NCBI GenBank assembly: GCA_963663035.1
Contig: OY760074.1
Coordinates: 608,001-672,000, forward strand
Reading direction: 5' to 3'
Origin: Acidobacteriota bacterium
GTDB lineage: Bacteria; Acidobacteriota; UBA6911; RPQK01; JADFOI01
DNA: 64,000 nt
The number at the start of each line of letters is the position of its first letter. Positions within the stretch are counted from its first letter, which is position 1. The notes beneath the pieces were generated by a model. The model made no database searches. It was not told where the DNA came from and saw only the letters and a program-made list of their open reading frames with translations. A program made the position numbers and the translations under genes. Positions 40,495 to 50,751 of this stretch are shown here, piece by piece.

Positions 40495-41175
40495 ATGTTG
40501 ATCAACATCGTGACGATTTTTCCCGATTTCTTCGGTGGAGTTTTTGATTTCGGCATGATCCAGCAGGCCCGGAAAAAGGGGCTTCTTGAGACGAAAATGG
40601 TGGATCTGCGAGAGTTTGCAACGGATAAAAGAGGAACAGTTGATGATCGTCCCTACGGCGGAGGTGAGGGGATGGTGCTCAAGCCGGAGTTGATTTTTAG
40701 GGCCGTGGAGAAATGTCAGCAGGAATCCGGTCACAGAGGGCACACTATCTTACTCTCGCCGCAGGGGAAGCGATTTGATCAGCAGAAGGCAAAGGAGTTA
40801 TCTTTGAAGGCCGATCTGACACTGATCTGCGGTCGTTACGAGGGCGTGGATCAACGGGTGGCTGACAATTTGGCCGACGAAGAGATTTCGGTGGGCGATT
40901 TTGTTCTCTCAGGAGGGGAGTTTGCAGCTTGTCTGATTGTTGATGCAGTTTGCCGCCTGATTCCGGGCGTGGTGGGGAAAGGAACTTCTGTTTTGGAAGA
41001 ATCTTTTATGGATGGACTTCTTGATTGTTCCCACTATACCCGGCCCGCAGCCTTTCGAGGATGGGAAGTGCCTGAGGTGCTTCTCTCCGGTGATCATGAG
41101 CGAATCCAGCAATGGAGGCGTCAACAGGCCCTGAAGCAAACTCAAGAAAAAAGACCGGATCTGTTGAGAAAATAG
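40495..41175 (+). CDS. trmD: tRNA (guanine37-N1)-methyltransferase
   Basis: DDRPYGGGEGM, CGRYEGVDQR, SVGDFVLSGGE, VPEVLLSG-H. Confidence 0.97.
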   Translation: MLINIVTIFPDFFGGVFDFGMIQQARKKGLLETKMVDLREFATDKRGTVDDRPYGGGEGMVLKPELIFRAVEKCQQESGHRGHTILLSPQGKRFDQQKAKELSLKADLTLICGRYEGVDQRVADNLADEEISVGDFVLSGGEFAACLIVDAVCRLIPGVVGKGTSVLEESFMDGLLDCSHYTRPAAFRGWEVPEVLLSGDHERIQQWRRQQALKQTQEKRPDLLRK

Positions 41176-41207
41176 ACACGTGAGTTGGAAAAAACCTAAG
41201 GAGCGAT

Positions 41208-41552
41208 ATGAACTTGGTGGATAAAGTTGAGCAGAAACATATGAACCGGGAGATTCCTGATTTCAAGTCAGGAGACACGGTTCGAGTGAATGTGAAGATC
41301 AAGGAGGGAGACAAGGTTCGAATTCAGGTATTCGAAGGGGTGGTCATAGCCATCAAGAGAAAAGCCTTGAGCTCCACTTTCACTGTCCGGAAGGTTTCTT
41401 TCGGGTACGGAGTTGAGAGGATTTTTCCCCAATACTCTCCGATGATCGAAAGTATCGAGGTGGTCAAAAGAGGGCGGGTACGACGCGCGAAACTGTACTA
41501 TTTGCGAGAGCGCAAAGGGAAGGCAGCTCGGATAAGAGAACTCAGACGGTGA
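41208..41552 (+). CDS. rplS: 50S ribosomal protein L19
   Basis: [28 protein letters not shown]. Confidence 0.97.
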   Translation: MNLVDKVEQKHMNREIPDFKSGDTVRVNVKIKEGDKVRIQVFEGVVIAIKRKALSSTFTVRKVSFGYGVERIFPQYSPMIESIEVVKRGRVRRAKLYYLRERKGKAARIRELRR

Positions 41553-41674
41553 CCGATCAGTGGCTATTAGCCCTTCCCATCAAGCGGGTTCCGACTCATC
41601 TCCTAGTTATCCGCTGTCGCCGGTGATTTCCTCAAGACCGTCTAACCGAACCTTGCCCATTTTTCTCCAGTAGC

Positions 41675-41917
41675 ATGGTCAACAAAGTCCTGTTTGTCGT
41701 TTATGTTCTTTACTGTCTTGAAGTAGGGATCTTCCTCCTCGTCTTTCCTTGGATGCGTCTGTGGGACCAGAATCTTCTCCTGCAATATTCTTCGTATGTC
41801 AGATTTCTTTTCCTCAATGACTTTTTCCGAGGCGCAGTCTCCGGGCTGGGTATTGCCAACCTTATTCTAGGGATTTGGGAAATTGCTCACTTTCAGGGAT
41901 ATTTTAAAAAGGCATAA
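41675..41917 (+). CDS. Small membrane protein
   Basis: Two hydrophobic helices, PW..W..N and RGAVSGLG; 80 aa. Confidence 0.65.
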   Translation: MVNKVLFVVYVLYCLEVGIFLLVFPWMRLWDQNLLLQYSSYVRFLFLNDFFRGAVSGLGIANLILGIWEIAHFQGYFKKA

Positions 41918-42515
41918 CCTCCAGTCTCCCATCTTCTATGGCATCTCCAATCGGCTGGCCTTTCCCCATCTTGATCCGTTGAATTACCTGGAGTTGCTTT
42001 TTCAAACGCGAGCTCACATTCTGCAGTGGCGTGAGAAGGATCTGTCAGCTGAAGAGAACAAAGTGTTTATTCGACATGGAATGCGGCTGGCCAAACAGAC
42101 CGGCAAGCTGTTCTTGGTGAATTCTCTCTTTGAAATGGCTCTAGATGAGGGGGCTGATGGTGCTCACCTCACCTCCAGCCAGGACGTTGGGGAGGCCCGA
42201 CGGAGTAGGGAACGTCTCGGAGCCAGGCAATCCCTGTTGGGACAGTCAGTTCATACACTGCGTGAGGCAGAAATAGTTGAGGCACAGGAAGTGGACTACC
42301 TTCTGCTGGGACCGATCTTTGCCCCCCTCTCCAAGGAATCGGCTCGTCCTCCTTTAGGAATCTCAACTCTTCGGAAAGCTGTGCAGAGACTATCCACCCC
42401 GGTGATCGCTGTTGGAGGCATCGATGAATCCAATTTCGAGAAAGTCTTCGAGACTGGAGCCAGCGGAGCAGCCGGAATAAGCTGGTTGCAGCGGGAGGTG
42501 GAGAGAATCCGCTGA
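41883..42515 (+). CDS. Thiamine phosphate synthase / TenI family protein
   Basis: QWREKDL, GADGAHL, SVHT, GPIF, PVIAVGGI; start uncertain. Confidence 0.85.
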   Translation: MLTFRDILKRHNLQSPIFYGISNRLAFPHLDPLNYLELLFQTRAHILQWREKDLSAEENKVFIRHGMRLAKQTGKLFLVNSLFEMALDEGADGAHLTSSQDVGEARRSRERLGARQSLLGQSVHTLREAEIVEAQEVDYLLLGPIFAPLSKESARPPLGISTLRKAVQRLSTPVIAVGGIDESNFEKVFETGASGAAGISWLQREVERIR

Positions 42516-42548
42516 CAGCTGACTTCCTGACTCCTGACTCCTTCTTCA

Positions 42549-43601
42549 TTACCATCTCAACAGAATGAGCTCAGAACTAAAGCCCGGGCCAAAAGCTGCA
42601 CACAGGCCCCAGTCGCTTTTCTGTGGAGACCTTTCAGCGATGATATGGTCCAGGACAAAGAGTAGGGTTGGACTGGACATGTTGCCGTAGTTTTCCAGAA
42701 CAAAACGACTGGGCTCGAGCATTCCCTCGCTGAGGTCAAGCGATTTCCTGAAAGCATTAAGAATCTTGGCTCCCCCTGGATGAATGACAAAGTGAGAAAG
42801 GTCCTTCAGTTTGAGTTGGTTGCGCTTCAGGAATTGGTGGATGTTGTCCTTGAGGTGTTTTTTAAGCAGGCGAGGAACACCCGTTGAGAGAATGACGCTG
42901 AGCCCTTTTTGGGTGAATTCCCATCCCATGAGATCGAGTGTGTCGGGCCACAGGGTGCTCAGGTTGTCCACCATGTGGATTCCGTCCTCTGGACAGGCAT
43001 CGCCACAGACCAGAACTGCAGCGGCTCCGTCTGCAAAGAGGGCCGAGGCCACAAAGTTGCTTTTGCCATAATCTGTGAATTGGAAGGTGAGGGATGACAG
43101 TTCCACTGAGACCAAGAGCACTCGCTGCTCTGGTGCCCCCTTTGCCAGGTCATTGCAGCGTGCAAGTCCAGAGGCTCCGCCGGCACATCCCAGACCAAAG
43201 ATGGGCGTCCGTTTGATATGGGTGTCAAATCCCATCCGGTTGATAATACGAGCATCGATACTGGGTGTTGACATCCCGCTGGTGGAGACAAAAATCAGAT
43301 GATCCACGTGCTGGGGACCAAGACCAGCCTTCTCCAAACAGCGCTCAATGGCTTCAACGCTCAAGCGCTCCGACCAGCGGATGTATTCTTCGTTCTTTGC
43401 CGAAAAAGTGTGATCACGCCCAAACCACTCCTGAGGGACACAGAAGAATCGCCTGCTGACGTTAACGTTCTCGAAAACGTCCATGAGGCTGGGAGTACAC
43501 TCGAGCTGCTCTTGGAAATGCTGGCGGGCCACTTCCCGGATATCTTGCTGGGTAGAGCAGAAGGGAGGCACAGCAGTGCCGACGGCGACGACGTGTGGCA
43601 T
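42549..43601 (-). CDS. Type III polyketide synthase
   Basis: Catalytic Cys-His-Asn: GLGCAGG, HPGG, YGNMSS; FGPGF. Confidence 0.93.
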   Translation of the reverse strand: MPHVVAVGTAVPPFCSTQQDIREVARQHFQEQLECTPSLMDVFENVNVSRRFFCVPQEWFGRDHTFSAKNEEYIRWSERLSVEAIERCLEKAGLGPQHVDHLIFVSTSGMSTPSIDARIINRMGFDTHIKRTPIFGLGCAGGASGLARCNDLAKGAPEQRVLLVSVELSSLTFQFTDYGKSNFVASALFADGAAAVLVCGDACPEDGIHMVDNLSTLWPDTLDLMGWEFTQKGLSVILSTGVPRLLKKHLKDNIHQFLKRNQLKLKDLSHFVIHPGGAKILNAFRKSLDLSEGMLEPSRFVLENYGNMSSPTLLFVLDHIIAERSPQKSDWGLCAAFGPGFSSELILLRW

Positions 43602-43605
43602 GAAC

Positions 43606-44655
43606 CTATTGTACCGGAGCGCCCAGGCCTAGGAGAGAACCTTTTTCGGCGACGATGGAGACCTCTTCGGCTTCCATGACCTCCTGATACAAGGCTTCAT
43701 CCTGCAGTTCGATGACAAGTTGGTTGAGTGGTTCTAACTGAGGGATAAACTCTTGGATTTTCTTATTGAGTTTTTTGAGAGAATTTTGAATTTCCTCTGC
43801 AGAGGCTGTTTTATTGATGGCCTTTTCATCAATGTTGATCATAATGCCATTAATCGCCTGCCGGTAAGCATGAACCATATCCCTATAGGTGTGGAATTCC
43901 AATGGGTTTGCTTCCTCTTCCTTCCACTCCCTCCCTTCCATTCTTCGCCGGATGACCTTGAGCCGAGTCTCAGCAATTTCCAGAAAGACATCTACTCGAT
44001 TTTCCAAGTCTTGATGCAGCTGGATTTTTGCGTACTCTTCCTCTGTGAAACCATCTCTCACTTGGAGGCGCACAGACGCGAACCCAACCGGAGTCCCGAC
44101 GGCCCGAGATGCCAGCGGCAGGAGGTTGCCGATCAGTGTGCCTCGGGCTTTGCTACCGGTAGTTTCCTGTACCCCCACCGTGTCGCCCAGCAGTTGTCTC
44201 AACAAAGCTTTTCTCAAGTCTTCCAAATCCTGGATTGTGGTTTCGAAAGCCTCCAGGTACTCAAAAGGGACTGTGGTTCTCAAGTCCTTGATTGATTCGA
44301 TCTGTTGGCGAAGACGAATCTCCAGTTTTTTGACCTGAGTTGAGTGTAGATCTTTTACGTTTTTTACGCTGGAAGATTCTTCGGTGATGTATTGAGAGAG
44401 GGTCTGAATCTTTCCCAATAAGTCAGAGGCTAGTTCCAGTTCCCCTCGCTGGAGGTATCTGCGCAAAAGATCGGAACGACGATCCAGAACCTTTCTGAAA
44501 AGGTCAATTCGATCGCGATATCTCGACTTTCTCTGATATTCCCGAAACTCTGTCTCCATCAACAGATCCTTCAACGGAAGCACGACTTCCTGTCCCAGTG
44601 AAAGGGAATTCACAAGATTTCCCGCCAGAAGTAACGCTGCAAAGAGGAGTTTCAT
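43606..44655 (-). CDS. Exported helical protein with apparent internal duplication
   Basis: Signal peptide; two similar helical halves. Confidence 0.65.
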   Translation of the reverse strand: MKLLFAALLLAGNLVNSLSLGQEVVLPLKDLLMETEFREYQRKSRYRDRIDLFRKVLDRRSDLLRRYLQRGELELASDLLGKIQTLSQYITEESSSVKNVKDLHSTQVKKLEIRLRQQIESIKDLRTTVPFEYLEAFETTIQDLEDLRKALLRQLLGDTVGVQETTGSKARGTLIGNLLPLASRAVGTPVGFASVRLQVRDGFTEEEYAKIQLHQDLENRVDVFLEIAETRLKVIRRRMEGREWKEEEANPLEFHTYRDMVHAYRQAINGIMINIDEKAINKTASAEEIQNSLKKLNKKIQEFIPQLEPLNQLVIELQDEALYQEVMEAEEVSIVAEKGSLLGLGAPVQ

Positions 44656-44658
44656 TAA

Positions 44659-46656
44659 TTACATTCTCTCAGGTACTGGTATACCAAGTAAATCGAGGCT
44701 CTTCAAAAGCCCCTGGCGCGCCGTATCGGCGACGGTTAGGTAAAAGCATCTCTTCGTCGTATCCCTTTCAGAGAGGATGTGGTACCTATGATAGAAGAAG
44801 TTAAATTTTTGGGCCAGGGTAAAAGCATGTTTCGCCAAATGGGAAATCTCCATGGTACCAATGGTCTGCTCAATGGCTTCATCAAGACGCGCCGTCTGAA
44901 GCAAAAGACTCCACAGTTCATCGTCGTCGATGAGCTCGGTGATTGAATGTGGTTCTTCCCACATCTTCTCACGTTCTTCTTTCCAGATTGAAGGGTTCCA
45001 ATTCCCATCGAGTGCTTCCAGCTTGCGAAAGATGTTGTTGGCACGCACCACCGAATACTGCAAATACGGTCCTGTTTCGCCCTCGAAACTGAGGGCTTCG
45101 GCAAAGTCAAAAGCGATCACCGCATTGCGAGTGTACTTCAGAACAAAGTAACGCAGTGCTCCAATGGAGATCTTCTGTGCGATCTCTTTTCGCTTCTCCA
45201 AAGTAAGATCTTTAGCCCGTGCGTTGACTTCCTCCAGCGATTTCTCGATCAGCTTGTCAATGAGATCGTCGGCTTTGACCCCCAGCCCCTTACGTCCCGA
45301 GACTTCCACATAGGGCTTTTTCTTCTCATCCTCTGACAACTGAAGGCCTAGTTCCGAACAGCATGCCGGGGAGAGAGCTACCATTTCATAGGAGAAGTGC
45401 ACGGAACGATCCGCTTGCTGGGTGAATCCGAGTCTTCTTAGGCCCTCCACCACCACCCGCTGAAGATAAGCTTGACGGACGTCGATGACGTTGAAGACGC
45501 TCTGGGCTTGCCCGAAATCGGGCTCGCTGTCGGAAGAAGGTTCCGTGGCGGTCAGCCACACCGTGTCTTCATCCGGCCCATCAGGGTTGTGTGTGGATAG
45601 TTGGCCGTCTTTGTATTGGCAAAGTGGGCGATAGTGAAAGGTCCTTTTCAAAAGCCCAAACTTCCAGAGCTGGTAGGCGATGTCCTTTCCCACATACGTC
45701 ACAGTACCATTGCTCCGGACGATGATCTTTTCCTCGTCAGGTTGGCCCTTTTTTCCTGGCATCTGCATGGTCCAACAGCCTTGGTAAGGACCATCCTTCC
45801 GAAAGGTGAGAGCTTTCTTCTCTTTTAGGCGCTGGAAGGCTTCTTCCCAGAACTTGAGGTGCAAGATCTCACTTTCCCGGGGTAAGACCTGGTATCGTAC
45901 GCCGATGCGGAGCATTGTTTTCAAGTGGGCCATGACGATCCGCATGGATAGGTGCTCGGAGAGCTGCCGGGTGGGTTCTTGAGCATTTTCGATTTCTTTG
46001 AGTGCTTGCTCGCGGTATTGAAGGCGAGATTCCCGCTCCTTATACCACTCAGAGACCTCAGCGTAGAGATCCCAGCAGTAGTAATCGAAAGGTTCCTCTA
46101 TGGATTTGACCTGTTCGAGCGACATCCTGCGCAAGTGCTGAAAACCGACAAGGACGTCGGCCACCTGGACACCTGTATTGTCGATGTAGTTTTGAACCTC
46201 AACCGTGTAGCCGCGAACCCGCAGGAGTCTGGCAAAGGTGTCTCCCAGAGCCGCATTTCTCAAATGCCCGATGTGTGCGGCCTTGTTGGGGTTGATATTG
46301 GTGTGCTCTACAATGACCTTGGTGCCCGAGGGCTCAAGAGGAGGGCTGTGAAGCCAGCTGTGGAGATCTCTAAAGAACGAAACCCGCTTGAAGAAAACAT
46401 TCAGGTAGCCGTTGCCAGCCGCTACGAAACGCTCCACATGGGGAGGGGTGCCGATGTTTTCCTCTACCTCTGAGGCGATTTCACGTGGAGATCTATGAAG
46501 AGTTTTCGCCAGTTCGAAAGAAAAGGGAAAGGCCAGATCTCCGAATTCAATTCGCGGAGGCGTCTCCACCGTAAGCTGCTCCAGTTCCACTCCGAAATGC
46601 TGTGCAATGAACTGCTTTAGATGTCCCTCCGTCTCTTCTATTCGCTTCAGTAGCAT
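44659..46656 (-). CDS. argS: Arginine--tRNA ligase
   Basis: VEHTNINPNKAAHIGHLRN, SGRKG, GETGPYLQY, C-terminal ERM. Confidence 0.96.
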   Translation of the reverse strand: MLLKRIEETEGHLKQFIAQHFGVELEQLTVETPPRIEFGDLAFPFSFELAKTLHRSPREIASEVEENIGTPPHVERFVAAGNGYLNVFFKRVSFFRDLHSWLHSPPLEPSGTKVIVEHTNINPNKAAHIGHLRNAALGDTFARLLRVRGYTVEVQNYIDNTGVQVADVLVGFQHLRRMSLEQVKSIEEPFDYYCWDLYAEVSEWYKERESRLQYREQALKEIENAQEPTRQLSEHLSMRIVMAHLKTMLRIGVRYQVLPRESEILHLKFWEEAFQRLKEKKALTFRKDGPYQGCWTMQMPGKKGQPDEEKIIVRSNGTVTYVGKDIAYQLWKFGLLKRTFHYRPLCQYKDGQLSTHNPDGPDEDTVWLTATEPSSDSEPDFGQAQSVFNVIDVRQAYLQRVVVEGLRRLGFTQQADRSVHFSYEMVALSPACCSELGLQLSEDEKKKPYVEVSGRKGLGVKADDLIDKLIEKSLEEVNARAKDLTLEKRKEIAQKISIGALRYFVLKYTRNAVIAFDFAEALSFEGETGPYLQYSVVRANNIFRKLEALDGNWNPSIWKEEREKMWEEPHSITELIDDDELWSLLLQTARLDEAIEQTIGTMEISHLAKHAFTLAQKFNFFYHRYHILSERDTTKRCFYLTVADTARQGLLKSLDLLGIPVPERM

Positions 46657-46820
46657 AGGCGCTAATGATAAGCGAACCCCCCCCAGGAGGGCAAAGCACG
46701 ACCGCACGACAGCTCAAGAGCACGAATGCACCAACACACGATCTGCAGTATAGTGGTCCACTCGTAACAGGAAGACGTCACGAAATCACAAGCCCACGAC
46801 GGCCCAGATGCCATAGCCTT

Positions 46821-48044
46821 ATGAGTAAAATACTTCACTTTGACCCCTTTAATGGAGTGAGTGGCGATATGATTCTGGGGGCGCTCATCCATCTGGGGCT
46901 GCCCTTGGAACACTTGAGAAAAGAGCTGGGCAAGCTGAACCTGGAGGAATATGAGCTGGTGGCGGAAGAGACGGTCCGTCAAAGTATTCTAGGGATCAAC
47001 TTCCAAGTCCAAACCAGCGAATCCTCCCACCACCATCACAGAGGGTTGAGAAAGATCCAGAACCTGATTGAGGAGAGCGAGCTTGATTCTTGGGTGAAAC
47101 AGACGGCCGGCTCGATTTTCTGCCGGCTGGGGGAGGCTGAAGCCAAAGTCCATCATACTTCCCTTGACGAGGTTCACTTTCATGAAGTTGGAGCCGTTGA
47201 TGCCATCGTGGATATCGTAGGCGCCTGTATCGGTTTCCATTATTTCGGAGTGGAGTGCTTCGACAGTGCTCCGCTGAATCTGGGTAGTGGAACGGTCACT
47301 TTCTCACACGGGACCTGGCCTGTTCCTGCGCCTGCCACCGCGGAGTTGGTGACAGGTTTCCCGGTCTTTCTGGGCCAGGTGAAGGCCGAGCTCACCACAC
47401 CCACGGGCGCTGCTATCGTGACCACTGTAGCCGAAGAATTCAGCTCTTCGTCTGTGTGCCGGTACGAAAAATGGGGGTTTGGCGCCGGTGACAGGGAATT
47501 TGAAGAGATCCCTAACATGCTAAGATTGGTCCTGGGGCGAAGGATGGAAGCAGATGCCTCTGGAGAGGCCTCGCCGGAGGGCAATGGGGAATTGCAAGAA
47601 GAAGAGATCTGTCTTTTGGAGGCCAACATCGACGACATGGATGGGGAGATGTTTGGTCATTTTCTGGAGTTAGCCCTGAGAGAGAATGCCCTGGACGCCT
47701 ATTTTACTCCCGTGCAAATGAAGAAAAATCGTCCTGGGGTAAAGATTTCTGTTCTTTGCCAACAGCCGGATCGAGAGCGGATGGCAGAATTGATCTTTCG
47801 CGAAACGACCACGCTGGGCGTTCGATGGACTCCGTGGAAGAGATGGATTCTGAGTCGTGAAGTCAAGCCGGTGGAGACTGAATACGGAACAGTGGCGGTG
47901 AAGATCGCCCGTTACAAGGGAGAAATTGTGAGTATGGCACCCGAATATGAAGATCTGAAGGCCATCGCTGAAAGATCGGATATTCCTTTGAAGACACTGC
48001 GACAAAGCATTCTGGAACAGATCATTGATAAAGGCTATGAGTGA
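46821..48044 (+). CDS. larC: Nickel pincer cofactor biosynthesis protein LarC
   Basis: GVSGDMILGAL, His-rich linker, HFHEVGAVDAIVD, TTPTGAA, MKKNRPG, ETTTLGVR, PEYED. Confidence 0.93.
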   Translation: MSKILHFDPFNGVSGDMILGALIHLGLPLEHLRKELGKLNLEEYELVAEETVRQSILGINFQVQTSESSHHHHRGLRKIQNLIEESELDSWVKQTAGSIFCRLGEAEAKVHHTSLDEVHFHEVGAVDAIVDIVGACIGFHYFGVECFDSAPLNLGSGTVTFSHGTWPVPAPATAELVTGFPVFLGQVKAELTTPTGAAIVTTVAEEFSSSSVCRYEKWGFGAGDREFEEIPNMLRLVLGRRMEADASGEASPEGNGELQEEEICLLEANIDDMDGEMFGHFLELALRENALDAYFTPVQMKKNRPGVKISVLCQQPDRERMAELIFRETTTLGVRWTPWKRWILSREVKPVETEYGTVAVKIARYKGEIVSMAPEYEDLKAIAERSDIPLKTLRQSILEQIIDKGYE

Positions 48045-49968
48045 CAAATTCTATCTGACTACTCCCCTCTATTACGTCAATGGAGTCCCCCATGTGGGAC
48101 ACATCTATACATCCGTCCTCTCCGATGCGATTGCACGCTACAAGCGTATGTGCGGTCTTGAGGTTTGCTCCCTCACGGGTACGGACGAACACGGGCTCAA
48201 GATTGAGAGAGCTGCCCGCCAACAAGGGATGGCTCCTCAAAAGTTCACCAACACTTACGCGGCCACCTTTCGGCAGGCCTGGAAAAAATTGGGCCTGAGT
48301 TTCGATGAGTTTATCCGAACGACGGAAAAGCGACACCGGGTAGCTGTTGTAGAGATTTTTGAAAGAATTAAAGAGAACAATTTCATTTACCTCGGCGAAT
48401 ACAGTGGAAATTACTGTGTCAATTGTGAAGCCTACACACCTGAAGATGACAAGACTTGCCCCGACTGTGGGCGTGATACCGAGTTTATGACAGAGGAGAG
48501 TTATTTCTTTAAGCTCTCAGCCTTCCAGGAGAAGCTTCTGAACTTTTACGAGTCCAATCCGGACTTTGTTATCCCCACAACCCGGATGAACGAGATTGTC
48601 AGCTTTGTGAAGGGGGGGCTTAAGGATCTGAGCATCAGCCGGACATCCTTCAGTTGGGGAGTCCCAGTGCCCGGAGATGAAAAACACATCTTTTACGTCT
48701 GGTTTGATGCCCTCACGGGCTACCTTGCGGGTATTGGGTTTGCTAGTCAACCCGAGACCTTTGCCGCCTATTGGCCTGCAGATGTCCAACTGATCGGCAA
48801 AGATATTCTGCGCTTTCACGCCGTTTATTGGCCGGCCTTTTTGATTGCAGCTGGGTTAGAGCCACCTCGCCATATCTTAACCCATGGATGGTGGACCGTA
48901 GATGCTGAAAAGATTTCCAAGTCCCGCGGCAATACCATCACCGCAGGTGAGTTGAGCGATTTGCTTCAACCCGATTATGTCAAGTATTTCCTGCTTCGAG
49001 AGATACCTATCGGTGCTGATGGAAACTTTTCCTATGACCTTCTCCTGAAGCGAGTGAACAGTGACCTGGCCAACGACCTGGGAAACCTGTCGAATCGGAC
49101 GCTGACCATGATTAAGAATTATTTTGACGCGAAGATCCCAGAGTGCGGGGAGCTTGAAGCGATGGACCAGGAACTCAGGGAGTTCAGCAGTGAGACGATT
49201 GCTCTTTATCGTGAGAAGTTTGACAGCCTTCAAATCAAAAAGGCCCTTGACACTGTTTGGGAACTGATTTCCCTGGTGAATAAATACATTGTCGCTAACG
49301 AGCCCTGGGCCATGGCGGAGGATTCTTCCAGGACAGCTCGGCTGGGAACCGTGCTCTATCATGCGGCTGAGACCCTGCGGATCATAACTGTTTTGATGGC
49401 TCCCATCGTTCCGACTGGGGCCGCTTCAATCCTCAAACAGCTGGGCATCTCCAAGCCTCTTGAGGACCACAGGATCACCCAGCTGAACTGGGGGGAGTTA
49501 GAGAAGGACTCTCCAATCGGTAAGGTGAAGGCAGTCTACCCACGGATCGATCCAAAGGAATTCATGAGGCTTGTCGAGGAAAGAGAACAGAAGAGGGAAA
49601 CTGCTGCTCGGGAAGAGGAGAAGGCAGGTGTGGCCCCGGAAAAGAACGAGATCAAAATCGAAGACTTTGCCAAGGTGGAGATGAGAGTGGGAAAGATCGT
49701 TTCGGCGGAAAGAGTTCCGAAATCAGACAAGCTGGTAAAGATACAGGTGGACGTTGGATCAGACGTTCGTCAGGTAGTGGCAGGGATCGGTCAAGAGTAT
49801 ACGCCTGAAGAATTACCAGGCCGTCTGGTTGCAGTCGTGACCAATTTGAAGTCTGCCAAACTGATGGGTGTTGAATCGAACGGAATGCTTGTAGCAGCCT
49901 CGAACAAGGGTAAGCCGGTTCTTGTCACTTTCAATGAGCCAGTCACACTCGGCGCTAGATTGCAGTAA
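48037..49968 (+). CDS. metG: Methionine--tRNA ligase with C-terminal tRNA-binding domain
   Basis: TTPLYYVN, HVGH, GTDEHG, YVWFDAL, GKDILRFH, KISKS. Confidence 0.97.
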   Translation: MSDKFYLTTPLYYVNGVPHVGHIYTSVLSDAIARYKRMCGLEVCSLTGTDEHGLKIERAARQQGMAPQKFTNTYAATFRQAWKKLGLSFDEFIRTTEKRHRVAVVEIFERIKENNFIYLGEYSGNYCVNCEAYTPEDDKTCPDCGRDTEFMTEESYFFKLSAFQEKLLNFYESNPDFVIPTTRMNEIVSFVKGGLKDLSISRTSFSWGVPVPGDEKHIFYVWFDALTGYLAGIGFASQPETFAAYWPADVQLIGKDILRFHAVYWPAFLIAAGLEPPRHILTHGWWTVDAEKISKSRGNTITAGELSDLLQPDYVKYFLLREIPIGADGNFSYDLLLKRVNSDLANDLGNLSNRTLTMIKNYFDAKIPECGELEAMDQELREFSSETIALYREKFDSLQIKKALDTVWELISLVNKYIVANEPWAMAEDSSRTARLGTVLYHAAETLRIITVLMAPIVPTGAASILKQLGISKPLEDHRITQLNWGELEKDSPIGKVKAVYPRIDPKEFMRLVEEREQKRETAAREEEKAGVAPEKNEIKIEDFAKVEMRVGKIVSAERVPKSDKLVKIQVDVGSDVRQVVAGIGQEYTPEELPGRLVAVVTNLKSAKLMGVESNGMLVAASNKGKPVLVTFNEPVTLGARLQ

Positions 49969-50744
49969 TGTTCATCGACTCTCATGCGCATCTCGATTCC
50001 CCGGATTTTCAACCAGATTTAGAGGACGTCCTCCAGAGAGCGAAGGATGCCGGTGTATCCACTATTTTGACCATCGGCTGTGTCTCGGAGGGAGTGGAGA
50101 GTATTGCCACCTTTCTGCAGCTTCTGGAAGACCATGACTGTTTGTACGGGAGTATCGGTGTTCACCCTCACGATGCCCGCTTTTATGACAATGCACTGGG
50201 ACAGGAGATACAGCGGCTCTCGGAGCACTCCAAGATTGTAGGCTGGGGGGAAATTGGCTTGGATTTTCACTATCACCATTCCCCCCGCTCCCAACAAATC
50301 GAGGCTTTCAGACAGCAGCTAAGATGTGCTCGCGCAGCCGATAAGCCCGTTATCATCCATTGTCGGGAAGCAGAAGCCTTGATGTGTGAGATTCTGGAGG
50401 AAGAGTATTCTCAAGGTCGCGGGGGTGTGCTGCATTGTTTTACAGCTGACCTCGAGACGGCAGAACGCTGCCTCCTTCTCGGTTTCTACATTTCCTTCGG
50501 TGGAATTCTGACCTTTCGGAAAGCAGAGGATCTGCGAGAGATCGCCCGCCAGATCCCATCTGAGCGATTACTCATTGAGACTGACTCCCCCTATCTGGCG
50601 CCAGTCCCCTTTCGAGGCAAACGTAACGAGCCTTCCTTCCTGCCGAAGGTGAGTGAAGTGCTCGGAGAGGTTCGCCGAACAACCTCAGAAGAAATTGGTG
50701 TCCTGACGAGGACAAACTTCCAGCGCCTCTTCCTCCCCACCTGA
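49968..50744 (+). CDS. TatD family hydrolase
   Basis: DSHAH, GVHPH, GEIGLD, HCRE, HCF, ETDSPYLAP; TAATG overlap with metG. Confidence 0.95.
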   Translation: MFIDSHAHLDSPDFQPDLEDVLQRAKDAGVSTILTIGCVSEGVESIATFLQLLEDHDCLYGSIGVHPHDARFYDNALGQEIQRLSEHSKIVGWGEIGLDFHYHHSPRSQQIEAFRQQLRCARAADKPVIIHCREAEALMCEILEEEYSQGRGGVLHCFTADLETAERCLLLGFYISFGGILTFRKAEDLREIARQIPSERLLIETDSPYLAPVPFRGKRNEPSFLPKVSEVLGEVRRTTSEEIGVLTRTNFQRLFLPT

Positions 50745-50751
50745 GAGTGAA

